Assembly: GCA_014905635.1 (NCBI GenBank)
Contig: CM026547.1
Location: 3,968,001 to 4,032,000, forward strand
Source of the DNA: Scenedesmus sp. PABB004
Taxonomy: Eukaryota
Length of the DNA: 64,000 bases
Direction: 5' to 3'
A program made the translations under genes and the position numbers. The first letter of the stretch is position 1. Each line of letters begins with the position of its first letter. The notes beneath the pieces were generated by a model. The model saw only the letters and a list, made by a program, of their open reading frames with translations. It had not been told where the DNA came from and ran no database searches. This document shows positions 36,495 through 48,907 of the stretch, in pieces.

Positions 36495-39400
36495 CGGCTG
36501 GGACACGGCGCGCGAGGGGCGCAAGCGGGTGAGCCGCCGCCGCCGCTGCCGCCGCCGGCGCGGCAGCACACGCAGGGCAAGGAGCCGCCGCCGCCGCCGG
36601 CGGCGGCGAGCACGTCGCCGCAGCCGACGGTGCGCGACTCGGGGCAGTCGACGGGCCTCGGGCGCTGGGCGGCGCTGGGCAAGGTATCCAAGGGCCTCAC
36701 CAGCAGCTGGAACGTCCTCAGCAGCTGGCGCGGCCTCGGCGGCGGCGGCGGGGGGCTGCTGGGCCACTTCCAGCGCAGCAGCTTTGAGTCGTACCGTCCG
36801 CACATGGACGACGGCACGCCTGCGGCCACGCCGCACGTCCTGAGCCCGCACGCGTCGTCGCTCGGCGGCGGCCCGCCGTCCGTCTGGGGCGCACCGCGCG
36901 CCCGCGGCGGCGGCGGCGGCGGCGGCGGCGGTGGCACGGTCGCGACCTCGGCCGCGGCAGCGGTCGCTGCGGCGGCGGCGGCGGGCGGCGCCGTCGGCAG
37001 CCCCGACGGCGTGGACTCGGGCGAGGGCAGCGACACGGTGGGCTCCACCCCCGTGCCGGGCAGCAGCTTCAACGGCGGCGCGCTCACTGCAGGCGCGCTG
37101 GACGCCAGCAGCGCCACGCTCGGCAGCAGCGCGAGCGGCAGCGGCAGCAGCCGGCGCGGGAGCAGCGGCGGCGCGAGCGACGCCGGCGGCGCCGCCGCGC
37201 GGGGGCCGAGGGCCTCGGCAGCGACTTCACGCGCCGCCTGCGCCTGGCCAAGCAGTCGGCCAAGCAGTCGGGCAAGCCCGGGCGCGCGCCGGCGTCGCCG
37301 GGCGGCGCGCCGCCCACACACCAGACCATCAGCGAGCTGCACAGCATGCCGCAGCAGGTGGGCCCGCGCCGCGCCGAGCGGCGGCGGCGGCGCGGCGCAG
37401 CCCTGCGGCGCCCTCGCGCAGCGGCCCTGCCGCGCCCTGCCCCCTCCTCCGCGGCCGCGCCTCGCATGCTCACCGCCGCCGCCGCAGGGCCCCGCCGAGG
37501 CGTCGAGCGAGCCGGCCTGGGGGCTCCACATGGTCCCGAAGCACATGCGGACCATCACGGAGGACAGCCTCGAGTATCGGCTGGACTCGTCGCAGGGCAA
37601 CACGAGCCGGCCCAGCAGCCGCGGCGGCGTCGTCGGCGGCGTCGGCCACCAGCGCGGCAGCTCCGGCGGCACCGGCGAGCTGTGCTCCGCCAGCCCGTCG
37701 TCCTTGGGGCACTGCCGCACGCCCACGTCGGCGCTGTCGACCTCGCTCGCGGCGCTCGGGGCGACGGCGGGTCGGCGCTCATCCACCGGCACAGCCACAG
37801 CCACAGCGGCGGCAGCGGCGGCGCGGCGGCGGCGCCCGGCGGCGGCGGCGCCGCGGCGGGCGCGGCGGCGATGTCGCCGCTGAGCCGCGGGAGCTCGGCG
37901 CAGCAGGCGGGCGCCGCGTCGCAGGCGCAGCACCCCGCGGGCGGCACGCCCCGCCAGAGCGGGGCGTCGGAGCTGACGGTGCGGCACAGCGCCGACATGG
38001 ACAGCCTGGGCCCGAGCAGCGTGTGCACGCGCATCACGCACAACTCGTCGTCCGGGCGCAGCACCCCCGAGGACGGGCTCAACAGCTACAGCTGCTGCCA
38101 CAGCGACGCCAGCAGCAGCCCCGCGCCGGGCGCGCGCAGCGGGCGCGGCAGCAGCCCTGACGGCGGCGGCGCCGGCGCCGGCTCGGCCGAGGCGAGCTTT
38201 GTCAGCGGCAGCAGCAGCGCCGCCGCGCGGGACATCTCGTTCGGCGGCATGGCCGCCGGCGCGGGCGCGCCCGCGGCGGCGGGCGCCGCCGATGCGGCGG
38301 GCATCGGGCCGGAGCAGGTGGAGCTGGGCGGGCTCGGCGCGCCGCCCCGCGCGGGCGCGCCCGCGGCGGCGCCCGAGGGCGCGCGCGGGCCGCACCACGG
38401 CTACGAGAGCTCAGTGGACTTCAGCGCCATGAACCTGGCCGACCTCAGCCGCCCCGACACGCCGCTCAGCCCCGAGGACGGCGGCGTGACCAGCCCCGAG
38501 CCCATCAGGCGGCGCCGCACGGCGACGGGGTCGGGCCGCTGGTCGCCGTTTGCGAGCTGCGAGCAGATCGCGTCGACGATCGCGGCCGGCGGCGTCGCGG
38601 GCGCGGCCGACCCCTGGAGCGGCGACGTGCGGCGCGTGCAGGGCGTGCACTCCAACCCCGCCACTGCCGGCGGCGCGGGCGGCCAGGCCGGGCCCGGCGC
38701 CGGCGCCGGCAACAAGGGCCGCTTTGTGCGCCCCGGGCCGGGCTGGGCGCCGCCGCCGTCTGCGGGCAGCAGCGTGCAGCCGCTCAACCCCGCGGGCTCC
38801 AGCGCCGGCAGCGGGCAGCCGCAGCAGCCGCTGCCGGCCGGCCCACACGCGCCCGGCGGTGGCTCGGCGGTCGCGGGCGCCGCAGTGGGCGCGGGCATCG
38901 CTGTCGCCAGCGCCGGCGGCGGCAGGTCCGGCGAGCCGTCGCCCGGCGCACCGCCCGGGCGCAGCGGCTCGGGCGGGCTCGGCGCGCGCAGCGCGCGGCC
39001 GCGCGTGCAGCCGCCGTGGACCAGCATCAGCTCCGCCAGCGCCGCGAGCGGGCCGTCGGGCCGCAACTCGTCGGAGCCCTCGCCCGGGCAGCAGGCCGCG
39101 GCGGGGAGCTGGCAGCAGGGCTCGGGCTGGGCGCAGCAGGGCTCGGCCCGCACCGGCACCGGCAGCAGCGCCGCGACCAGCAACAGCGGGCACAGCCGCC
39201 TCGTGTCACCGTTCACGAGCACCTTCGTCACGCCCCGCGAGAGCCAGGCGGTCGCCGGCGCCGCGGTGGGCGCGGGGCAGGGGCTCACCGCCGCGGCGGT
39301 CGCGGCGGCCGCCGCGGGCGGCACCGCCGCGGCCGCCGCGGGCGGGCCGCTTGCGGTCGCGGTGAACGAGCGCCTGGAGCAGTATGCAAAGGACAGCGGC

Positions 39401-42400
39401 GACGCGCGCGGCGGCGGCGGCGGCGGCGACGGCGATGGCGACGGCGCGGCGCGGCTGGACGACTCGCGGCGCGTGGCGTACCACTGGTGGAAGGAGCTGC
39501 CGGCAGACAGCATCGCGCGCAAGTGCGACAGCATCGCAGGCAGCGGCGACCAGCAGGGTGAGCCGCCGGCCGGCGCGCGGCGCGCGCCGCGTCTCTCGCG
39601 CGCCGCTCACCGGCGCCGCCCTGCGCGCACGCGCATGCTCGCGCGCCCCCGCAGGCGAGTGGGCGGTCGCGCCCGACAAGCCGCTGCTGGCCAAGCCGAG
39701 CGTGCGCTTCCGCAAGACCATCAACACCTTTGACTACAGCACCGGCCGCCTCACCGCGGTCAACGCGCAGCACTATGCCGTGCTCGTGACCGACGTGCAG
39801 CAGTGGCCCTACCCGGAGCTGCAGCGGTGGGCGCGCACCGCGGCCCGCACGGCGCCGCGCCTGCGCGCCCCATAGCCGCGTGCGCCGCCGCGCGCCCCTG
39901 ACGCGCGCCGCGCACCGCGCGCAGGGAGTATGAGGCCGCGCGGCGGCACACCGTGGCGCGCAAGGCGTGGTCGTGGGCGAGCCGCATGCTTGCCAAGATC
40001 CCCGGCGCGCTGTCGTGGGGCCTCGGCCCGGTGTCGGGCTGGGACACGCACGGCCACCACGCCGGCCACGAGCAGCAGCAGCTGCTGCAGGCGGGCATGG
40101 CGCTGTCGGACCGGCACTCGTTCGAGGTGCCGCCGCTGCCGCCGTGCGTGGCGGGGGCCGCGGCCGGCGCGGCGGCGCCCGTGCCCGGCGGCGGCGGCGG
40201 CGGCACCTCGGGCGGCGCGTCGCTGCCGAGCGTGCGCGCAAGCCGCAGCGCCGCGCCCGGCGGGGGCGCCGCCGGGCGCGGCCAGGTCAGCTCCTGCGCG
40301 ACCAGCTCCGAGGGCGTCGGCGGCGCGGGCGGCAACCCGCTCGCGCGCGCCAGCATCGCCAGCCACAGCAGCCTGCTCAGCGGCCTCCCGGAGCGGCTCG
40401 GCGACGGCGTGGACGTGGATGAGATCATCACGTCGGCGGAGCACCACCTCGAGGTCGCGCGCCAGCAGGTGCGCGCAGCACGAGCAGCACGCCGCCCAGC
40501 GTGCCGCGCGCCGCCGCACCGGCCGGCTGCCCACTGCCGCCGCCACGGCCTGCCGCGCGCGCAGGTCCTGCAAAGCATGGACGAGTCGAGCGGCGCCCCG
40601 CTGCGCAAGGAGGAGGTGGAGCGCAGCCTGCAGAAGATTGAGCACCTGCAGGCGACCATCGCGCGCCTCGCGCAGGAGCGCGAGCGCCACGCCGCGCTCT
40701 CGCGCGAGCACAGCTACCTGCACCTCGCCTCGGGCCGCGCCGGCGGGCACATCCGCCTCGGCGGCGCCCCCGCCGCCGCCGGCGTCGGCGCCGCGGGCGG
40801 CGGGCTCGCGGTCGCCAGCCGCGCGAGCAGCTTCCGCAGCTCGCGGCAGCTCCTGCGCGCGGAGCACGCGGTGGCGGGGGCGTCGGTCGGCATGCCAGAG
40901 TTCAGCCACAAGCCCACGCTCGGCGGCGGGGGCGGCACTGCGCAGGCCTCGCGCGCGCACACGCCCGCGTCGCTGCACGCCAGCAGCGACGCGGGCAGCC
41001 AGCCGCCGGGGTCGGCGCGCGAGCGCGAGCGCATCGACCCGGCGCTCGCGCTGCACGCGGCGCAGCACAGCGCGGCGCGCGTGGCGGCGCGGGCGCGCGC
41101 GCGCGTTGATAGCCCGCGCCTGCTCGAGGCTAGCGACGGCGACGTGCCGCTGCACATGTACGGCGCGGGCGGCGGCGGCGGCGACGCCACGGGCTCGCCG
41201 CTCGCGCCGCGCAGCGGGCGCTCGCCGCACGCGCCGGCGCTGGAGACGGTGCTGTCGGAGCCCGTGGCCGTGGCGGGCGGCGGGCCGCGGCTGCTGCAGC
41301 AGCAGCTGTCGTCCCCGTCGACGGCGGCGGAGCAGGGCGGCGGCGCGGCGATGGCGCCGCTGGCGCCGCTGTCGCCGCGCACGGCGGCGGGCGCGGCGGC
41401 CGCGGCGGCCGCCGCCGCGCGCGCCGGCAGCAGCGGCGGCCAGCACCCCCTGCTGGTGGGCGAGCTGTCGCTGGACCGCCCGCTGCCAGACGCAGGCGCC
41501 GCGCCGGGCGCGCCGGCGCTGCTCAGCAGCCAGGAGTCGGTCGGCTCGCGCGCGGCGGGCGGCGACGGCGGCGCCGCAGCTGGCGGCGGCGACGCGGCGG
41601 CGGCGGCAGGCGGCGCGGCCAGCGCGTTCTCGGTGCCGCAGCACCACCGACGCTATGTGTATCGCAGCACGGGGGCCAGCCCCGACGGCCCCGGCGGCGA
41701 CGACCTGGGCGGCACACCCTCGCCCGGCAGCGGCGTGGACAGCGCGGACCGCGGGCCCTGGAGCGGCGCGCCCACGCCGCGCGACGGCGCCGGCGACGCG
41801 GCGGGCGGCGGCGAGGGCGCAGCCGCGCGCGGCGGCGGCGACGGCGGCCCCGCCCGCGCCGGCAGCGGCAGCGCGGGCGGTGCCCCGGGCGTGACCGACT
41901 CGTACGACTCCAACGCCAGCAGCTACGCGGCGCGGCGGCAGGTCATCACCTTCCGCCCGCACCCGCCGGCGACGCCGGAGTCGCCGCGGAGCCCGCGCGC
42001 GTCGGCGGCGCTCGAGGCTGCCCGCGGCGGCGGCGCGCCGCGCGAGCTGGCGCTGGGCCGCGCGGCGGGGGCCTCGGCCGTGCCCGCGGCGCGGTTCAAG
42101 TCGTTCCAGGGCGTCGGCGGCGAGCAGCAGCAGCACCTCCCCGCCTCGCGCCTCGCCTCGTTCCCCGCGGTCGTCGCCGGCGCGGGCGCGTTCCTGGCGG
42201 CGGGGCGCAGCCGCTCCGCGCGCCTGAGCAGCAGCCAGGCGGACGCGCTGGGCCACGCGTACGCGCCGAGCCCCAGCCCCGTGGGCCTCGCGCACCCGGA
42301 GCACCTCTGCCTCATGATCCCGCCCCTGCAGCTGCCGCCGCTCAGCCGCGGCGGCACGCCGGTCGGCTCCGGCGGCGGCCTCGGCGGCAGCGGCGGCGGG

Positions 42401-44181
42401 CTCGGCCTGCCGGCGCCGCACCCGCCATGGGGCATGCCCAACGACGGCACGCTGAGCAGCAGCCTGCTCGGCAGCAGCACGGGCAGCCCCGGCGCGCTGG
42501 CGCTGGGCGGCGGGCCGGTCGCGGGCGCGTACGCCGCGCGCGCGCGCGGCGGGCAGCGCTGGAGCGGCCCCGGCGGCGCGGGCGCGGCGTTTGCCGCGCT
42601 GCGCGGCGGCGGCGCGGTCACGAGCCCGCTCGCGAGCGAGCTCGAGGGCGGCGGGTCGGGGCTCATCCCCGCGGTCGGCGGCTTCAGCCGCGCGCCGAGC
42701 ATGCGCAGCGCCGCGAGCGCCGCGAGCAGCGACCCCGGGCCAAAGGACCCCGCCGCGCTCGCGCTCGCCGGCGGGGACGCGTACTGCTTCGCCGGCGGCG
42801 CGCCGCGCAAGCTGCACGGCTGGGAGCTCGTGCGCCGCGCGTACCGCAGCGGGCGGCTGCGCCAGCTGCCGCTGCTGGAGAGCTACAGCATCGTGACGCA
42901 CACGTTCAAGCGCCTCTTCCCTGAAGACTTTGACACCGCAATCCCGGTCATCAACCACAAGAAGGTTGATATGCTGCTCATGGCCTGGGAGGCGGCGGTC
43001 GCGGAGCTCGAGCGCGCGGAGCTCAAGCGCGCGCGCACGGGGCGCGCGCCGACGCGCTTCCGCGGCCGCCTCGGCCCGCTGCTGAGCTGCTGCGCGAGCG
43101 CGGGCTGCGGCTGCGTCGGCTGCCGCGGCCGCGCCGCGCTGCTGGGGAGCTGCTGCGAGGAGCACGTGGTGGAGGTCATACCCGAGATTGAGGCACGCCG
43201 CGCACGGCGGCGCGGCGGCGGCGCGCTCTGTGCGCTGCGCGCGCGCGCAGCCGGGCTCACGGGCCGCCCCTCGCTCCCTCGCCCCGCCCCGCCCCGCCTC
43301 GCCCCGCCCCGTGGCGCGGCAGGACCGCATCCTGGAGCTGGAGGGCCGCATCGAGCGCGCGCGGCGCGAGGCGTTCACGTCGGCGTTCACGCCGTCCTGG
43401 TTTGTGCTGTTCAAGAGCCAGGCGGCCGCGACGATGGCGGCCAGCTCCCGCATCTACGCGGAGGACAGCACCAAGTTCCAGGCGCGCAAGGCGCCGCGCC
43501 GCGCCGCCGCGCTGGTCTTGCTGCGCAGGCACCGCCGCCGGCGGCGGCTCTCACAACACGCGCGCGGCCCGGCGCCGCGCAGGTGCACCCTGCGCCCGGG
43601 CCGGAGGAGGTCAACTGGCAGCACCTGTGGATGACGTGGCGCGAGCGCGACTGCCGCACGATCCTCACGTGGCCGCTGCTGCTCGCGGTCGTGCTGTTCC
43701 CCATCACCCTCATCACCAGCGCCGCGAGCCGGCTGGACTATGTGTTCTGCCCCCAGGTCGAGCTCGGGCAGCCCATGGTGCGGCGGCGGCGCTCGGGCAT
43801 GGCGGGGATGCGCGCTGCGGGGTGGCGGCAACGCGGCGGCGGACGCGCGTCCGCGCCAGCCCGCGGCGACGCGCCGACAGACGCGCGCCGCCGCCGCCGC
43901 CCGCCCGCCCGCCGCCGCCGCCGCCCGCCCGCGCGCCCGGGCCAGCCCGCGTTTGTGTGGGAGTGGTACTGCACGGGCAAGGAGACGGGCAGCAGCGTGC
44001 CGGTGTTCATGCGCGCGTTCATCACGGGCTGGCTGCCCGCGCTGCTGCTCAACCTCTGGCTCGTCATGGTCCTGCCGCGCGTCGTGTACCTGCTCGTGCA
44101 GGTGTGCGGGGCAGCGCCCTCGCCCCCGGCCCTCCTCGGCCCCAGGCGCCGCCCTGCGCCTCAGGCTGGCGCGCGACGCGC

Positions 44182-44217
<36 letters not shown>

Positions 44218-45603
44218 TCATCGCCGCGCGTCACGCCGCGCGCCGCCGCGCCGCGCAGAGCGAGGGGAGCTGCTTCAGCCTGAGCGCGCTCGAGCGGCGC
44301 ATCGGCGCGGTCTTCTTCTACTGGGACATCTTCAACGTGAGGACTGGCTCACGCCCGCCAGCACGCGCGCGCGCTTGCGTGCTGGCTCCCAGGCGGGCCG
44401 CCCGCCGCTGGCCCCTCTCTGGTCAACGCGCGCGCGCGCCAACGCGCCCCCCCCCCCCCCCCCGCGCGCGCCCGCCGCGCCCCAGGTGTTCCTGCAGGGC
44501 ACGGTGGGGAGCACGTTCTTCCAGCAGGTGCGGCACATCATCCAGAGCCCCGAGCAGCTGCCCAACATCCTCGGCGCGGCGCTGCCGGACAGCAGCAACT
44601 TCTTCATGCAGTTCATCGCCATGCGCGCCCTCTTCCTCATCTGGCTGCGCATGTGCGTGCCCCACGGCGGCGTGTGGCAAAACTGGTGCCACTACTGCCT
44701 CTGCCCCTCGTGCTGCTGCTCCTACTGCAACACGGGTGCTCGCCGCGGCGCTGCGACGCGACGCACGCCGCGCCGCCGGGTCGTCCTCTGCCGGCCCTCC
44801 CGCCGGCACTCACTCCCACACACTCCTACTACTCCCGCGCACTCACGCTCACACTCCACGCCCCCCCCCCCACCCACGCCCGCGCCCGCGCGCGCGCGCG
44901 CGGCCAGACCGCGACAAGAGCCTCACGTACGGCCCGCGCACGCCGCGGTACGGCTTTGAGATGGGGCACATCCTGCTCATGTACCTCATCGCCCTCGCGT
45001 TTGCGATCGTGTCGCCGCTGCTGCTGCCGTTCAGCGTCGTGTGGTTTGCCTTCGCCTGGCTCGCGTGGCGGCACAACCTCCAGTACGTGTACCAGCGCAA
45101 GTACGAGAGCGGGGGCATGATGTGGATCTTCCTCTTCTCCCGCATCGTCATGTGCCTCGTCATCGGCCAGCTCTTCACCTTTTGCGTCCTCGTCGTGCGC
45201 GGCGCGTACTGGCAGGCCTTCCTCATCATCGCCTTCATGCCCGCCCTCACGGCGCGGTACTACAAGTGAGGCGGGAGGGACGGGGGGGGGGGGCGGCAGA
45301 GGTGGCAGAGGCGGCGGCGGCAGAGGCGGCAGACGCAGAGGCAGAGGCAGAGGCAGGGGCAGAGGCAGAGGCGGCCCGCCGCTGAGCCGCGCGTGGCCGT
45401 CCCTCCCGCGCAGGTACTGCCAGGCCCGCTTCGCGCGCGGCGTGGAGTTTGGCGTCCCGCTGGACATGGCGACCAAGGCCGCGCGCGCGCGCGTGCCGCC
45501 GCTCGCCTACATCCCGCCGCCGCTGCAGGACCGCAGCTGGGGGTGGTACCCGGAGTGGCAGAAGGTCTGGGACGGCTGGGGCATGCCAGCATACAGCCTC
45601 TGA
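34866..45603 (+). CDS. OSCA/CSC1/TMEM63 (ERD4-like) osmosensitive channel with huge low-complexity cytosolic insertions (~20 exons; apparent frameshifts at 37201-37205 and 37758-37761)
   Basis: N-terminal transmembrane segments and TTEAELLRGVGLDA, VLPIHY, QLTIAAL..LMWVHFV, HYAVLVTDV, WFVLFKSQ, VHPAPGPEEVNWQHL, ITGWLP, LPDSSNFFMQFI, PRYG, FAIVSPLLLPF, RHNLQYVYQRKYESGG, YIPPPL. Confidence 0.92.
44184..44217. repeat. (GCAC)n microsatellite in an OSCA intron
   Basis: gcacgcacgcacgcac.. about 8 copies. Confidence 0.85.
45296..45372. repeat. Degenerate (GCAGAG)n repeat in the last OSCA intron
   Basis: gcagaggcagaggcagaggcag.. seen directly. Confidence 0.75.
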
Positions 45604-46228
45604 GCAGCGCGGGCGGGCGCGCGGCGGCGTCTGCAGCGCGGCACGGGCGGGCTCGGCGCCCCTGCGCGGGCGCGGCGGCGGCTCTCCACTGGTTGGCCCG
45701 CCGGACGGCGCGCCGCGGTTGCGCGCGCGCCTGCGTGAGGGCGAGCGCTCGCGTGAGAGAGCGCGCGCGCTCGCTGGGGCCGCCGGGACTTTCAACGCAG
45801 CGGCGGGCCTGTCGGGTCGGGCAGCGAGCGCTGCCGGGGGCTGGCTCGGGCGCGGTTCTGGGGAGGCTTGGGCGGCGGCTTGGGAGGGGCCCCGCGCGGC
45901 AGTGGTTGGGGTGCGAGGCATTGATTCCTCCTTGCACCCAGTGCACTGCGGCAGCGGGCGCGACTAGGCGCTAGGTCGGGCGGCCGGGCGAACGACTAGG
46001 CAGGGCTCGTGGTTCAACGTCGCGGCGTGGTAACACGCGGCTCGCGTGTGGCTGATGGTGCGGACTCGGCGTCGCCGCCTGCCTGTCACGACCGCGCAGG
46101 CCGCGGGGCAGAGCGATCGCACGATCGCAGGCCGCCGCCGCTGGTGCCGCCGCTGCTGCTGCTGCTGCTGCCGCGGCTGCCGGACCGCCCGATCGGCGCG
46201 GCCTGCGTCCCCGGGAGCCGCATTTGCG

Positions 46229-48421
46229 ATGTCCCAGCTGCCGCAGCACGGCGGCGAGCCGGCCGCGAAAGATGATGTCGAGCCGCTGGCCCTGCGCATC
46301 GAGCCGTCCGCGACCGGCCACAGACGCGTGGACAGCCTGGCGAGGCGCCGGTCGTCGCTGGGAGTGCCTCACGAGGGCCACAGTGCGTCGGAGGCACCAG
46401 CCGCCGCTGCGGCACGCGCCGCCGCCGCCGGTGCCGCTGCTTCTGCTGCCGCTGCCGGCGGCACCCGCTCACGCCGCCCACCGCTCACGCCGCCGCCGCC
46501 GCAGGCTCCTGGCTCACCGCGGCGGCGCACCTGGTCACGGTGATGGTCGGCGCCGGCGTTCTGGGCCTGCCGTCGGCGATGGCGTGGCTCGGGTGGGTCG
46601 GAGGGTTGATTTGCATGGTCAGCTTCTTCGCCATCTCGCTGGCCTGCTCCCTCGCGCTCATCGTCGCGTACAAGCTGCCCAACGGGCGCCGGAACCACAC
46701 CTAGTAGGTTTTCCAGCCATCGGCGCGCCGCCGCCGCCGGTGCCGCCGCCGCCGCGACCGGCCGTGCCGCCCCCGCCGCCGCCTCCGCCGCCAGCCGCGA
46801 CGCCGTGCACTTCATCCTCGGCACGCGCTCCTCGCTCTTCCTGCTCGTCTGCCAGCACGCCATCTTCTTCCTCGGCGCCATCGGGTGCGGCGCGGCGGCG
46901 GCGGCGGCGGCGCGGTGCCGACGGCATGCCTGCAGCGGCACGCACGCAGCGCCCCTTCTCCCGCGCCCCTCCGCGGCGCGCCGACGCCCCGCCGCCGCCG
47001 CCGGCGCCGCAGCTACTGCATCGCCGCCGCGGACTCGATGTCGTTCATTGCGCGCCAGGCCTGCGCCGGCGCGGGCACGCCGCCGTCGCGGTGCATGAGC
47101 CAGCAGTGGATCATGACGCTCATTTTTGCCGCCCTCCAGCTGGTGCTGAGCCAGCTCCCAAACCTGGAGAGCGTGTGGTGGGTCAGCATCATCGGCGCCG
47201 TGGTCTCGGTCGGCTACAGCGCGATGACGATCGGCCTCGGCGCCGCCAGCGCGTCCGCGCGGAAAGGGGACCTGTGGGGCCAGGCCGCGCCGCCGGCCAA
47301 GCGCGTGATCGGCATCTTCAACGCACTGGGCATGCAGGCCTTTGCCTACGGGTCGGCCATCGTGCAGGCGCGGCGACGACGCGGCCGGGCGCGGGGAGCG
47401 CGCCGCGCCATGGCAGGCCGGTGAGTGCCGGGTCGCCCACGTGCCGCCCCGCCGCCCGCGCGCCCCGCACTCCGCTTAGTTGGAGGTCCAGGACACTTTG
47501 AGGGAGCCGCCCGACAGCAACCGCAGCATGGCCAAGTCGGTCGTCACGGCGCTCTCACTTGCATTCAGCCTTTATCTGCTGGTGCGCGCCCGCAGCGCCG
47601 CGGCCGTGCCGCGGCTGCGCCCCCGCTCAGCGACGCCACCGCCGGTGTGCTGCGCCGCGCGCGCCCAGGTCGCGGTGCTGTGCTACGCCGCGCTCGGCTC
47701 GGCGGTCAAGGGGTCGGTGCTCCTCAACTTTGCCGACGCCGCGCCGTGGGCGACGACGCTCGGCAACGTGCTCGTCCTGGTTCACATGGTCGCCGCCGTG
47801 CAAGTCTTCTTCCAGCCCGTGTTTGCGACGCTCGAAAAGGCGCTCGTCGGCGCGCTGCCGCGCGTCGACGCGTGGGCGGGCGGCAACCCGCGCCGCGAGG
47901 CCGTGGTGCGGCTGGTGTATCGCTCCGTGTACGTGGCCATCGTCATCCTCGTCGCACGTGAGCGCGCACGCGCCGCCACGCCCGCCGCGCGCCCGCCGGC
48001 CGCATCACGCGCGCCCCGCGCCCCCGGCGGCGCAGTTCTCTTCCCCGCCTTTGGCGCCTTTGTTGGCCTCATCGGCGCGCTTGCCTTCTGGCCTATTTCT
48101 GTCCATATGCCGTTGGCGATGTTTGAAAAGCTCCGCGCGCCGCGCGGCGCCAAGCTCGCCGTCATGCGCGCCGTCGACGCGGTGGTGAGCACGCGCCGCG
48201 CCCCCGCGCCGCGCCGCACGCCGCCGAGCGCGCCGCCACGCGCGCCGCCGAGCCACGCGCGCCGCCGAGCTCGCCGCTGCCGCGGCCGCGACACTCAGCC
48301 CCGCGCGCGCGCCGGGCGCACCCGGCCGCAGGTGCTGCTCATCAGCCTCGCCGCGGCCGCGGGATCGGTGGCTGAGATTGTGGATTCCGCGGCGCACTTT
48401 CAGTTTGCGCGCTTCAACTGA
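46229..48421 (+). CDS. Amino acid/auxin permease (AAAP) family transporter, AAP/LHT-like (8 exons)
   Basis: GSWLTAAAHLVTVMVGAGVLGLPSAMAWLGWVGG, RNHTY|RDAV, QLVLSQLPNLESVWWVS, FNALGMQAFAY, EVQDTL, FPAFGAFVGLIGALAFWP. Confidence 0.93.
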
Positions 48422-48778
48422 GCGGCCAGCGCGCCGGCGCACTGATCGATGACCGGCACTGATGATGACCGGCCGCCGCGCCGCGGCCGTGAGCGCCCGG
48501 GTCCATTCATCATTGGTTGAGGCTTCGGGAATGCCGCGCTGCGCGCCGCGTGTTTCTGCGCGCCCCACACACACTACTGTGTTCTTGCACGCTGGTATTG
48601 GACGCTGCTGCTCGATCGCATGCAGTGCTGGTACCAGCACTGATGCTGGGCTGGGGCGCGTGTCGCAGCGCCATGACGCCGTTGGGCTGAGGCTGTGCTC
48701 GCTCTGTGATTGTGCTGCGAGTATGTTGCCGCGACGTTGACGGGTGTGTCGCGGGGGGCTGTCTTGCGAGTGTGTGTG

Positions 48779-48783
48779 TGTAA
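48779..48783 (+). promoter_or_regulatory. TGTAA poly(A) signal, probably for the AAAP transporter
   Basis: TGTAA lies ~360 nt past the stop in a convergent intergenic region. Confidence 0.5.
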
Positions 48784-48907
48784 ACGCGGTGTTGACGCGT
48801 GACGCGCGCTCAGCTGCAGAGAGCGGGCGGCGGGGCGGCAGCCGGCGCGTGATCCGTCACAGCCCGACGCGGCGGAGCCAACGCGCCCGCGGTCAGCCGG
48901 TCTGCGC

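Noticed and set aside
46702..46707. Apparent in-frame TAGTAG in the amino-acid transporter (pseudogene or stop recoding)
   Set aside because: Explained by a phase-2 intron (46704-46794, TA|gtaggt..cag|C) that gives the expected Tyr in NHTYRDAV.
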